Positions 52,771 to 64,000 of a stretch of 64,000 nucleotides of DNA are shown piece by piece. Position numbers and translations under genes: made by a program. Position 1 is the stretch's first letter; each line of letters begins with the position of its first letter. Source of the DNA: Eledone cirrhosa (lineage: Eukaryota); the NCBI GenBank assembly GCA_964016885.1, contig OZ024742.1, forward strand, positions 206,026,001 to 206,090,000. Direction: 5' to 3'. A model generated the notes under the pieces. That model was not told the DNA's origin and ran no database searches. It saw only the letters and a list, made by a program, of their open reading frames with translations.

Positions 52771-53617
52771 TGCATGCGTGTGGATGTGTATTTAGGTTTG
52801 CATCTATTTGCACGTATGTATATTTTGGTTAGATATCAATATAACTGTACCTCTCTCTATATGTGGTGTGAATATATGCACTTTGTAGACTATGAAATTT
52901 ATGTGTTTTAACTATGCCAACATGTACTTATCTGAGTTTGATTGTTTATGCATAAACATACTTAGTAATATTTTAGACCGTATAATATGTTATATTATAC
53001 TGAGTGCAATTTACCACACCGTACTATATTCTGTTGGTTAAGTTGTATATTATCGCATTACTATATCACATTATCTTATTATAATTTTCATCTTTTAATA
53101 TACTATCTTTCCTAGCCATAACATTAATTTATATTCACCTTAAAACTCAATACAACACTAATCACCATTTATTTTGACATTCCTTTTAAATTCACTATAC
53201 AAGATACATTCAACTATCAGTTTGACAATCCCCTTTCTTCCTAAAATATTTTTTATGCCATTTCTACTAACACCTTTCAACCATTCCTTTCAAAGGGTTA
53301 TGACCTCAACTAAAGTGTATTACTTTTCATCTTAACACCATATGAAAAAAACAAATGATTAGTTAGTTCGTCAAATACCTCCAAATATGGACATGATACT
53401 AATTCTGAGTAAAATTATTATTGAATAAAATTAGTATTGCTTTTGAAAACAGCTGGTGATATGCATGTAAGTAAATATTCTCTCTATCTGATAGTTTGTA
53501 AACTTACATAGATCAATAACTGAGTATAGATACAATGTATTATCACCATCTAGAAACGATCGTAAAGCAGTGAAGTATATCTCTAATGACTTGATTTTTT
53601 ATTTCATTGTTTTAACT

Positions 53618-53669
<52 letters not shown>

Positions 53670-54057
53670 TATACATATATATATATATATATATATATGG
53701 AGGCACATGGCTTAGTGGTTAGACTAACTTGTTTATTTATTTACATTTATTCATGTATTAACATTAATTCATTTATTGCTGTTATAATTATTTTCCCTCT
53801 ATTTTTCTTTCTCTCTACCTTTATTTCTCCTTTATCCTTTTCTCTCCTTTTTCTCTCCTCCTTTCTCTAACTCTTTTTCTCTATGTCTTTTTCTCTCTGT
53901 ATATCTTTCTCTGTTTTCCTTTCTCCTTTTTCTTTTTCATTTTCCTTTCTTTCTTTCATCTATCTCTCTTTCTTTTTTCTCTCTCTCTATCTTTATTATT
54001 AATATTATTAATGATGCTCTAATTTGAATTTTTAAATTTAACGGATATATATTCTAG

Positions 54058-54160
54058 TTTCTCCGATGATCTGATTAAGCTAACATTGTATTTAAAATTG
54101 AGTGGCTTCTAGTGTTCAGCAATTTTTAGACAACTTAATCAGTGAAACAATTGTCAGACT
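54058..54160 (+). ncRNA. Long-stem-II hammerhead with core substitution (CCGATGA); same family as 51789
   Basis: tct CCGATGA t-ctgattaag...cttaatcag-t GAAA caattg TC aga. Confidence 0.6.
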
Positions 54161-54380
54161 GTAAATAAATTCCTTTTTTTTGTATTGTTGATCATGTTAT
54201 TCTTCACTTTTTCAATTTTATTACTCCAAGATAAACTTACATAGGAATACAAGTGAAATCATAAACTCGCCACCTACGTAAACCTCTTGTTGAGTCAAAC
54301 AACGCCGTACACTAAAACTATCCATAATAAGAAGTATTCACAACCTCTAACTGGATTACCTATAACGATATTTTGTTATC

Positions 54381-54472
<92 letters not shown>

Positions 54473-54479
54473 GGTAAGA

Positions 54480-54631
54480 TAATTATATATTCGTGTACAG
54501 ATATTTTTGCATACACAATAACACAATATAAACAAACGTATTTATTTCACGAGGCTCGATAAGGATAAATATATATCAAATATATAAGAACTCTACAGCA
54601 AATCCCGAGCAACGTCGGGCCATTCTGCTAG
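54480..54631 (+). mobile_element. Helitron 3' end
   Basis: CCCGAGCAACGTCGGG hairpin, CTAG|T; homolog of 13070-13212. Confidence 0.8.
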
Positions 54632-54697
54632 TATATAATATAATATATATATGTAATATATATACATTTATATTATATTATATATATATATGTATAT

Positions 54698-54880
54698 AAT
54701 TGTTTCTACTTTTGGCACAAGGCCAGCAATTAAGCCAGTGTATTACTGGTACTTTAGTTTATACCGTAAAGATGAAAGGCAAAGTTAACCTCGGCGGAAT
54801 GTGAACTCATCCATAAAGGGTCGTAACTCTTTGCTGCAAAGCATGGCGTCCTACCCTCTACCGATACTGCCAATCCACCG
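54698..54880 (-). mobile_element. SINE, same family as 2797-3392
   Basis: Reverse-complement match. Confidence 0.8.
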
Positions 54881-55163
54881 TATATGGTATATGTAATATA
54901 TATATATATGTATAGAAATTTCGTTTTTTCGAAAGAAATGCGATTTTAGGAAGCCGTAGTTATGCGAACACAGGGGGGGGGGGGGGGGGCTAACACCTGC
55001 CGGTGTTGTCAGGACGATCTCATCCTATTTCTTTTCTATTATAAGTTGAGCCAACTTATGCAGCTTCATATGCAAATGAGATTAATCACCTCATTTACAC
55101 AGACGAGAAAACTATATATTCTCGCCTGTTTTCAAGTCCAGCAGACGCAGAGCAGTGGGAGGG

Positions 55164-55209
55164 ATCGTCCTGACGATGTGGCCAGTCAAGCTTGAAATAC
55201 ATAGACGGT
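55164..55209 (+). ncRNA. Type I hammerhead ribozyme
   Basis: atcgtc CTGACGA tgtggc-cagtcaa-gctt GAAA taca TA gacggt; weak stem II. Confidence 0.68.
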
Positions 55210-55586
55210 TGTCCCCCTTGCTTCTGCTGGACAACACCAGAGGGCGTTAGCCCCCTCCATTTACTCTGTAACCCAGTAGGAATCGATTTGTATATATTGT
55301 TTATTGTAAATGTTAGTACACTGTTAACATATTATCATTATATTTTATTGTGACATCTATATTGTTTCTGTAAATTAACCGGGGATTATCTATTATATTA
55401 TATTGAATTATATAATTTTATTGTTTATTATTTATTATATGTGTCTCTTGTAGTTATATCATATTATTGCCTCATGTATATTGGGTAGATGTATTGGTAT
55501 TATTTTCACTCTTATCATGCTTATTTTTATATTCAAACTTTTAATAAGGCTTAATTTGTGTAGTTGAACATAGATGTGCGTATTGT

Positions 55587-55619
<33 letters not shown>

Positions 55620-55962
55620 GCACATATATACATGTATATATTGTACCTTTTGATTTTTAATTGTAATTTTAATGTTGGTAAAGGTATATTATTATAATGT
55701 ATTATGTTATATTACATTGTGTTATATATAATTCCTGCTCTATATAACCACATTTGTTTAGATTTAGGTTAGTTGCTTTGGACTATATTTGTAATATGGT
55801 TCTTAATGTTATATACATCCTTAGTTATTCTTATTATATATTTTTATTATTTTTATTTTTATTTTTATTATTATATATTTTTGCAAGACTTTAGTGTATG
55901 TACACTCCATATTCTTCGGAGCTTCCGGCTTGTATCTGCCGATATTACTTCTTGTTGTTTTG

Positions 55963-56007
55963 ATTGCCCTGATGAGTCCTTAATAGGACGAAACATTGTC
56001 GGCTAAT
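55963..56007 (+). ncRNA. Canonical type I hammerhead ribozyme
   Basis: gcc CTGATGA gtcct-taat-aggac GAAA cattg TC ggc; G10.1-C11.1, GUC site. Confidence 0.9.
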
Positions 56008-56071
56008 AAAAACTTTTGATGTATTAAAGGATTCTTTGTTTTACTCTCTTAATATAAATATATATATATAT

Positions 56072-56112
<41 letters not shown>

Positions 56113-56115
<3 letters not shown>

Positions 56116-57907
56116 GATGCTGAATTTGCCGACAACATAGTTTTGGTGACAAATACAGTGAAGGAGGCAGAGGATTTGATGCAGGAAGTTGAGACTGTGT
56201 CGATAAGTGTGGGCTGAGAATGAATGAGACTAAGACAAAATGTCTGGTAGAGAATGTTGAGAAGCCACAGGGGATTACTAATGTAGGCGGGAAGCCGCTG
56301 GAATTAGTTGAGGACTTCCTGTATTTGGGAGCAAAGATTGGGAATACGGAAGATGATGTGGTTGAGAGGAAGCGCAAAGCCTGGGCGGCGTACCACAGTT
56401 TGAGATCGATGTGGAAGTCGGACCTTCGTAAAGACCTGAAGATCCGCCTCTTCATTACTGTAGTGGAGTCTGTGCTGCTGTACGGGTCTGAGACTTGGAC
56501 ATTGACCAAGAAACTCACCCAGATGGTGGATGGGTGCTACACGAGAATGCTGAGGATGGCTCTGAACATTAATTAGTATACACTGAGGATGAAAAACTCA
56601 GAGCTGTATGGGAGCCTCCCAAAAGTCAGCTCAAAAGTGACTTAGAGGAGACTGAGGTTGGCTGGACATGCTCACCAACATCCAGAGTTGACATTGCACT
56701 CAGTGCTCCTGTGGGAGCCCCTACATGGACACACTGGAAGAGGAAGACCAAGGTTAACGTATGTTGATGCCCTAAGGACAGACACTGGTCTGTTGGAGAC
56801 GCAGGACGTGGGAGCGATAACACCGTGTAACATATTTTTTGTTCCCCGGTTCTAAGTGTCATTTCATGGTTTGTTATATCCCATTATTATAAAAAAAAAC
56901 GCTATTATTTAATCAGAAGTTTAAATCAACTCCAACTTAATATGCAGTGGCGGCATGAGCACAATCCTGGGATCAACCAGTGGCTCCCACATGACGTTCC
57001 GGGTCCCAACTACAAATTCTGTTCGCTGCTCCCAGTTTTTTTTTGTAGTGATCAAAGCTGGCTCTGCCGTCTCAAAGGCCGAGGAAGCATTGGAATTTGA
57101 TAAAGCCACCTTGGAGACCAAGCAGAAAAGCCACCATCTTGAAGTCTCCAATGATTTCCCAATTGTACTGGTTGTATTGCAGAGCTTCCAAAAGGACTTT
57201 CACACTGTAGTAATCTTCCTTCAGGCAGACTGAATGAGCTAGGGGCAGTGTCGGGAACTTGTTTCCATTGTGGAGGAGGACAGCCTTCAAACTTGTGGTG
57301 GGTCTGTATATAAATAGCCGCCACTCTTTGGGCACAAACGGCTCCCCAATAACGTCAAACAGTCCATGCACGCCACGGCAGAGGCCATCCCTAAGAGTGT
57401 AAAAGCCTGAGAAAGGTTCGTGTCGACTTCTCTGACTTGTCACCTGCACTTCCTCCTTGACCAAGTTCCACTGTTTCATCCTGGAGACGAATGCTTAAAA
57501 CACAACTTACCCTTTATTCAGGGTGCGAAAATCCAGTATCACTAAATCTCTTTAATCCACTTTTTAACAATTTTATACTTTATTGTACTTTTATAATTTT
57601 CTTTAGGTATTACACTTTATTTTATAATTTTAATTGAACCTGAAACATATATTAAAAAATCATTTAATATAAGCAAATTAAACTTACATACAACGTAAAA
57701 TCCAGCATACAAATAATTCTAGTGAATAGCTTAGAATTTTTACAAACCCAAACTTTTAACTGTTTAATAGCATTTTTTAAATTTATTTGTGACCTAAGCA
57801 ACACAAAAAAGTGATTACAGGCCAGCAACAGAGAAAACATCTTTTTTGAGGAACAGAGACCGCTGGAGAGAACTCGTCCATGGATCTCGGGAATTTTTCC
57901 CGCCCTA
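56113..57907 (+). mobile_element. RTE-group LINE (family of 11800-12759) split by a DNA transposon
   Basis: 56113-56820 and 57847-57907 are contiguous in the homolog. Confidence 0.85.
56821..57846 (-). mobile_element. Chapaev3-like (CMC) transposon fragment
   Basis: EWRLFI..SLKAVLLHNGN, GDFKMVAFLLGLQGG, PPLHIKL; CAC terminus after TAA. Confidence 0.78.
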
Positions 57908-58113
57908 TATATATATATATATATATAGGGAGAGAGAGAGAGAGAGATAGATAGATAAATATACACGGGTGTGTATGATAGTGTATAGAAGATTATATTA
58001 ATAAGAGGCATTCCAACTTTGTCTGATTTACTCGTTTTATTTACAATCCTTCAAAATTTGTAATGGTATTATAATGAAATAGTATGATAGAATATTAAAT
58101 GTTAAGTGTTAAT

Positions 58114-58152
58114 TGAACAAGTACTTTCATGCTTTTGCAATCTTCAGGTTCA
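58114..58152 (-). ncRNA. Type I hammerhead ribozyme
   Basis: tgaac CTGAAGA t-tgc-aaaa-gca-t GAAA gtac TT gttca. Confidence 0.82.
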
Positions 58153-58278
58153 TAATGTGTGGTGACAGTCAAATTTGCAATTTATATATATATATATATA
58201 TATACTATCCAGCGAATTTCAACCGTTGAGGTTGTCTTTTTTCCGGGTATGTCAATATTTATTTATAAAACAAATCTG

Positions 58279-58344
58279 TATTTTATCGGATGAAAGCGCA
58301 CCATAATTTACCTTGGTCACCCTTGAAATATATATAATAAAATA
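58279..58344 (+). ncRNA. Decayed hammerhead, family of 13988 (CGGATGA)
   Basis: tattttat CGGATGA aag...ctt GAAA tatata TA ataaaata. Confidence 0.55.
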
Positions 58345-58457
58345 ATTATGGTTTTATACATATACTTTCCATTTATTAATATATTATATATATATATATA
58401 TATTATATATATAGTACACATAAAATATATATGGTACACATACAATACATATAATAT

Positions 58458-58588
<131 letters not shown>

Positions 58589-59059
58589 GTTTCTACTTTT
58601 GGCACAAGGCCAGAAATTACCCAGTGCATTAATATATATATATATTAAAAAGCTTTCTCCGATATTCTATTTATTTGGCGCAGCAGATTTCAAAAATTTC
58701 CCGGTATAAGGTCAGCATTTCTTTGTTTATTTTTATATATGAATATTGATTGTTCCTTATATCTCATTCTGTTATTTTGCCCGAGAAAATATCTGTGTGT
58801 GTCATCAAATGTTGTACACACATAGATATTTTTTCAATTTCCAATTGAGTTCTTAGCACGTGGCCTGAATTCCTTTCAGAGTTCATTGTCACGCGCATGT
58901 ATTGTTTTTTTGCGGTAATTCACTTCATTTTTTGAATCAGTTCGAGCACTTCTTTCAGAACTGCTGGACTGGCTACCTGACAGATACCTCAGGCACAGAA
59001 AGTGATTATCGCTAAATGCTGATGTTGGTTATATTATCAATATTAGTATTATTGGGGCA

Positions 59060-59186
59060 CCCACTGATGAATTATAGGAGCCCACTTGAATATATATCTA
59101 TTGATGGTATACAAGCTCCTACATAAACTGGTATAATTTCACCCAAATTGTAGGAGTCCTATAATGAAACGAGACGTCCGTCTGGG
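59060..59186 (+). ncRNA. Hammerhead with 95-nt branched stem II; 4-nt duplication at cleavage site
   Basis: ccca CTGATGA attatagga...tcctataat GAAA cg-aga-cg TC [cgtc] tggg; inside ~690-bp unit with 30-bp direct repeats at 58647 and 59337. Confidence 0.7.
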
Positions 59187-59361
59187 AAGAGATATATTAG
59201 ATATGTCTCATTTGAAATAATACAGCTAATTTTCCACGCAATACTTTTAGTTAGCACCCCGAACACATAATTGGGAATATAATCACTTATTTCCTAATGT
59301 TTGTTGAGTGAGTTGGAATTTGGCCGGCGTATCGCTAAAAAGCTTTCTCCGATATTGTATT

Positions 59362-59416
<55 letters not shown>

Positions 59417-59436
59417 ATATATAATATATATATATA

Positions 59437-60333
59437 CGAGGTGTGTCAGAAAAGCTCCAGGAGTCATATCACAAAAGATTTATTTCAAACCGAAACTTCA
59501 CACTAAAAGTTTTCTCCTTCAATGTAATCCCACTGGAGTATGTAACTGTAATCTTAGCTCTCTGCAGCGATCAAACTTTTTTCTTCATAATTTTATATAC
59601 ATGTCCTCTGTTTCAGGTCGTCAAGCAATGAGCACAGATCAACGAACAAACTTGAAGTTTCTGGTACGGTTGAGGAAATCTCCGTCGGAAGCACTGGGAT
59701 TGCTGTAGCAATTGTATGAATATGAGTCGATGTCACGCTCACGTGTTTTTGAGTGGTGCAAGAGGTTTAAAGAAGGACGCGAGGACGTGGAAGATGACCC
59801 CAGGAGCGGAAGGCCCTCAACAACTAGGACTGAGGTCAACGGTGAGTGCGTCAGGCAGATGGTGCGTAGCGATCGTCGGCTGACTGTTCGACTGATGGCA
59901 AATGAGCTGGGCATGAATCGGGACAGCGTCTGGAAGATTCTCACTGAAGATTTGGACAAGCGAAAGTCTGCGCGAAGATGGTGCCAAAACTGCTGAACTA
60001 TGATCAGAAGGGTCGACGCATGCAAGTGTGCCAGGACATCCTCGAGCATCTTGAAACCGAACCAGACTTGCTAGGGACAGTCATCACCGGTGATGAGTCT
60101 TGAATCTTCGAGTACGACCCGGAGGCGACCCCTTTTGAAGAGGTGGACGGCATCAAAAAGGCCGTAACGACGGAACTGTGGAGGATCCCGGAAGAATCCT
60201 TCCAGGAGTGCATGCAAGCGTGGCAGAAAATGACGGAAAAGTGCATTAGACTCCAGGGGGATTACTTTGAAGGAGAAAACTCTTAGTGTGAAGTTTGGGT
60301 TTGAAATAAATCTTTTGTGACATCAGTCCTGGA
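59437..60333 (+). mobile_element. Mariner DNA transposon, internally deleted
   Basis: TA|CGAGG start, ~90-bp imperfect inverted ends, VFEWCKRFKEGR..DDPRSGRP, ITGDES. Confidence 0.88.
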
Positions 60334-60415
60334 ATATAATATATATAATATATATATAATATATATATAATATATATATATATATAATATATATTTATAT
60401 ATATAATATATGTAT

Positions 60416-60449
<34 letters not shown>

Positions 60450-60560
60450 TTCGTTTCTGAATTTGTTTAGCAAGATTCTTTATCTGAAATCGTGTGTTGA
60501 AACCGATATTGTTATACTTTGGGAGGGTCATTGGCAACATGACCCTCCCAAAGTATAACA

Positions 60561-60616
<56 letters not shown>

Positions 60617-60661
60617 TATTATATATAATATATATATATAATATATATATAATATTATATA

Positions 60662-60720
<59 letters not shown>

Positions 60721-60756
60721 ATAATATATATAATATATATATATATTATATATATA

Positions 60757-61718
60757 GTCCTCCAAGCCATAACGGAGGAGTTTAAGACTGGCTGTCCATG
60801 GGAACTTCTCTATGCTGACAATCTGGTTCTTATAGCAGAATCAATAGAGGAGTTGGAGAATAAATTCTGGCTATAGAAACAGCAGTTGGAAGCAAGAGGA
60901 CTGAGAAAGAACCTAGCTAAGACAAAAGTGTTGATGAGTAGAAAAGTGGAGAAAACTCTGATTCCGTCAGGGAAATGGCCATGTTCGATATGCAGAAAAG
61001 GAACTGGCATAAATTCTATGCAAATCTTGGGTACACAAGAGATGTAGTGGGATAGAAGGCAAACTAACAGGTAGGGAGAAATACGTATGCACTAGATGTA
61101 CAGGGAAATTTAAACAGTAGAAGTTGCATTGATAGACACATTTTTCAAATGCAGGTGGGTGCTATAGAAATGGTTAATAGCTTCCGGTACCTAGGTGATC
61201 AGATTAGCATGGGAGGTGGTAGGGGGGTGTTCCGAGGCCATAGAATATAGAATAAGGATGGGTTGAAACAAGTTTAAGGAGCTGCTTCCTGTGCTGACGA
61301 ACAAGGGTTTCTCCCTGCGTACGAAAGACCGCTTATATGATGCCCGTGTGAGGTGCGCGATGCTGCATGGTAGTGAGACATGGGCAACAACTGCAGCGGA
61401 TATGCGACGGCTGGAGAGAAATGAGGCAAGCATGCTCCGTTGGATGTGCAATGTCAATGTGTGTGAATGGCCGATCATGTATGTGTTGAGAGAGAAACTG
61501 TGTCTGAGAGGGATAAATTGTTGTGTGCGGGAGAGGAGACTGCGATCGTATGGACATGTGATGCGTATGGAGGATGACCGATGGGTGAAGAACTGCTAAG
61601 AAATGCCAGTTGAAGGAAGACGTAGTAGAGGAGTACCCCGAAAAATATGGGCGGAGGTGGTGAGAGCAAACCTCAGATCGCTGAAGCACACGGTGGAAAT
61701 GACGAGGGATCGTGACAA

Positions 61719-61720
<2 letters not shown>
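60757..61720 (+). mobile_element. RTE-group LINE fragment (family of 21051-22692)
   Basis: FKTGCPWELLYAD, MLHGSETW, YGHVMRM. Confidence 0.85.
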
Positions 61721-61760
<40 letters not shown>

Positions 61761-61766
<6 letters not shown>

Positions 61767-62397
61767 AAGGTTTAGCAAATAATGAAAAAGTTTCAAAATA
61801 AATTTTAAAAAATTGACTTTACCTACTATAGTTACCTTTACCGATCGGTTTCGAATCCCCAAAATAAACGGAGACCATACGGCCTTCGTTGCAAAGAAAG
61901 ATTCTCGTCAGAAGGTTCTTTTCATTCGAAGAATATAAAATTCTTGAATTTAAATTACGAACTAGCGCTATCAAAACTGTTCCTGGGATGAGAGTGGATG
62001 ATTTAGAAACAATTTTTTCAAGGGCCGAAGTAAAGATAGAGGCAGAGGGAGGTAGGTCAAACCGGCCGCAACTATCACTAGCAGCAGTCGGAGCGACACA
62101 ATTTGTCTCAACAGTAGAGGAGAGTAGTAATAATAGGATATGTGTTCCTTCACGCACAAGGCGCTAAGGGACGCATGTATTGTCCAACCAAATGCCATTC
62201 GAAACCGATCGGTAAAGGTAACTATAGTAGGTAAAGTCAATTTTTTAAAATTTATTTTGAAACTTTTTCATTATTTGCTAAACCTTGTTTATATATGTTC
62301 TGGCTCGTTAATTTATTAACCTGCCATTGAACCACATTGGCATTTGGTTGGACAATACATGCGTCCCTTAGCGCCTTGTGCGTGAAGGAACACATAT

Positions 62398-62402
<5 letters not shown>
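61761..62402. repeat. Interleaved inverted repeats around a hammerhead
   Basis: 61761-61856 / 62197-62292 and 62133-62197 / 62338-62402. Confidence 0.85.
61834..61916 (-). ncRNA. Type I hammerhead with long stem II
   Basis: acctt CTGACGA gaatc...gattc GAAA ccgatcgg TA aaggt. Confidence 0.85.
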
Positions 62403-62469
<67 letters not shown>

Positions 62470-62566
62470 ATATATGTATGTACAAGGTAAACAGAAATAA
62501 CAACACAATCGGTACATCATATGGAAGGTATATATTAGGTTGACGCTTGATATAGCAGGAAGAGGG

Positions 62567-62602
62567 TCTTAACGTTTCGGACGCTAGTCCTTCATCAGAA
62601 GA
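62567..62602 (-). ncRNA. Minimal hammerhead
   Basis: tctt CTGATGA a-gga-ctagcg-tcc GAAA cg TT aaga. Confidence 0.78.
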
Positions 62603-63309
62603 AAGAATGAGAAATAAAATAGATTGAGGGGACGGGCGGGATGGAATTGGAAAAATGTCTTTAGATAAAAATATCAGGTCCATTCATGTTGACATCTCTT
62701 GCAAAACTGTTGGTGATGGCGTTTTGTGTATGATTTATTTTTGTAGAAAAGTGGATGATGGAGCGTGTCTACCTGAAATGGAATAAAAAAAACCGTTTTG
62801 TAAAAAGAGTTATACTTGTACACTTGTATAAACATGTGTGTGTGTGTGTGTGTTATTATACGTCCGTACGAAGCTAAGAAGAAATGTGCGTGTATATGTG
62901 AGTAAAAGCGTGTGTGTGCATATAAGTACAAAGTTATGAGCAAAATTATGTTAATATAAGGGTGTTTATGTGTGTAACAGTGAAGGGAAAGTAGAGTGAG
63001 TATATATAGTCGGCCTGTATTAGTTGTAAGAGAAGATGTTAATGATCAAGAGAAAGCGATAGGAATCTAGGGGTGTGATAATGGACAGGGTATTAGAGAA
63101 ATTGGGGAGGTGAGTTGAGTCATTATATATATATATATATATACACATTTTATATATATATATTATATGCACTTGCAGAAAAACCGCCCCTAGGGCGGTT
63201 TTCTGCTGGCATATGTAGTGTGCATATTGGTATTATACGCAAATATATATGCATATAGATATATGTAAATTGAAAAGTAAATTGACAATATCTTCTTCAC
63301 TCACTTATT

Positions 63310-63945
63310 TCTGAGAGGGTCGTGGGGGCAGAGTCCTTCTCAAACATTCCTTCCATTGAGTCTGTCAGTAGCAAACATCTCTAACTGATCCAGCTGGATC
63401 CCAAAGCGTGACTAGCCAACTCATGGATGTTATCCAACTATCTTGCTCAGGGTCTCTTGCCGGTTGGTTTTGCTTGTAAAATGTGTCAAGCGATTCTTTA
63501 CTGAGACATTCTAACCACATGCTCATAATATCGGAGTTGTGATCTCTCAATTCGGAGAAGTAGCGGCTCTACCAGGAGTGACTCTCTGGTCTCTGAGTTA
63601 TACACTTTATCAAGTAATGTTACTCCAAAGACCCTTCGGAGGAATCCCATTTCTGCCATTTATATTTGCAATTGTATTTTTTTGGTCATTACTCAAGATT
63701 AATGATCTTCGGTAAGAGTTGGCAGGATTACCAGGAAAACAGCGAGTTTGGCTGTTACACCTACCCCCCTTCATCTGATTGATGAGGTTGGCGCTTTACT
63801 GCATCAGCTTTTGCAATTCTTGCACTTAATTCAGCCTCCCGCATTCCATCACTCAAGAACACGGCTCCAAGATATTTAAACTTCTCTAACTGCTTCAGTA
63901 GAACTCCATTCACATCTATATAAATTTGAGGGACTTCTGTCCACC
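63310..63945 (-). mobile_element. Decayed RTE-group LINE fragment
   Basis: LEKFKYLG..ARIAKA, AEMGFLRR, RSQLRYYEHVVRM. Confidence 0.75.
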
Positions 63946-64000
63946 CGTCCATCACACAATGTGTATGTGTGTTTGTGTGAATGTATGTGTGTTTAAAAGG

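Noticed and set aside
60478-60515. CTGAAA...GAAAC motif (also ~20930-20960 on -)
   Set aside because: Position 3-8 mismatch and no convincing stems
63172-63212. GC-rich hairpin resembling a terminator or Helitron end
   Set aside because: No matching CTAG terminus or second copy; bacterial terminator logic does not apply

Overview
This is AT-rich, microsatellite-dense eukaryotic DNA. The SINE/LINE repertoire suggests an octopus-like cephalopod, which is an inference. No host protein-coding gene can be supported; nearly all short ORFs are (TA)n/(CA)n artefacts or transposon remnants. The window is a nest of Penelope-like elements (PLEs; one near-intact RT + GIY-YIG copy and six fragments), RTE- and CR1-group LINEs, two tRNA-derived SINE families, a full-length Tigger/pogo, a deleted mariner, a Chapaev3-like fragment and Helitron ends. 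The main hidden signal is RNA structure. By eye I find about 23 type I hammerhead ribozyme (HHR) motifs with an intact CUGANGA...GAAA...UH core, 4 with the compensatory U3:A8 core, and about 8 decayed copies, spread over many unrelated repeat families. One family is a 5.3-copy, near-identical 310-bp non-coding tandem array with one HHR per unit (retrozyme-like). A Naiad-like PLE ORF is interrupted only by an in-frame UGA at a conserved Cys position (possible selenocysteine). All structures were folded by eye, none by computation, and repeat boundaries are approximate.
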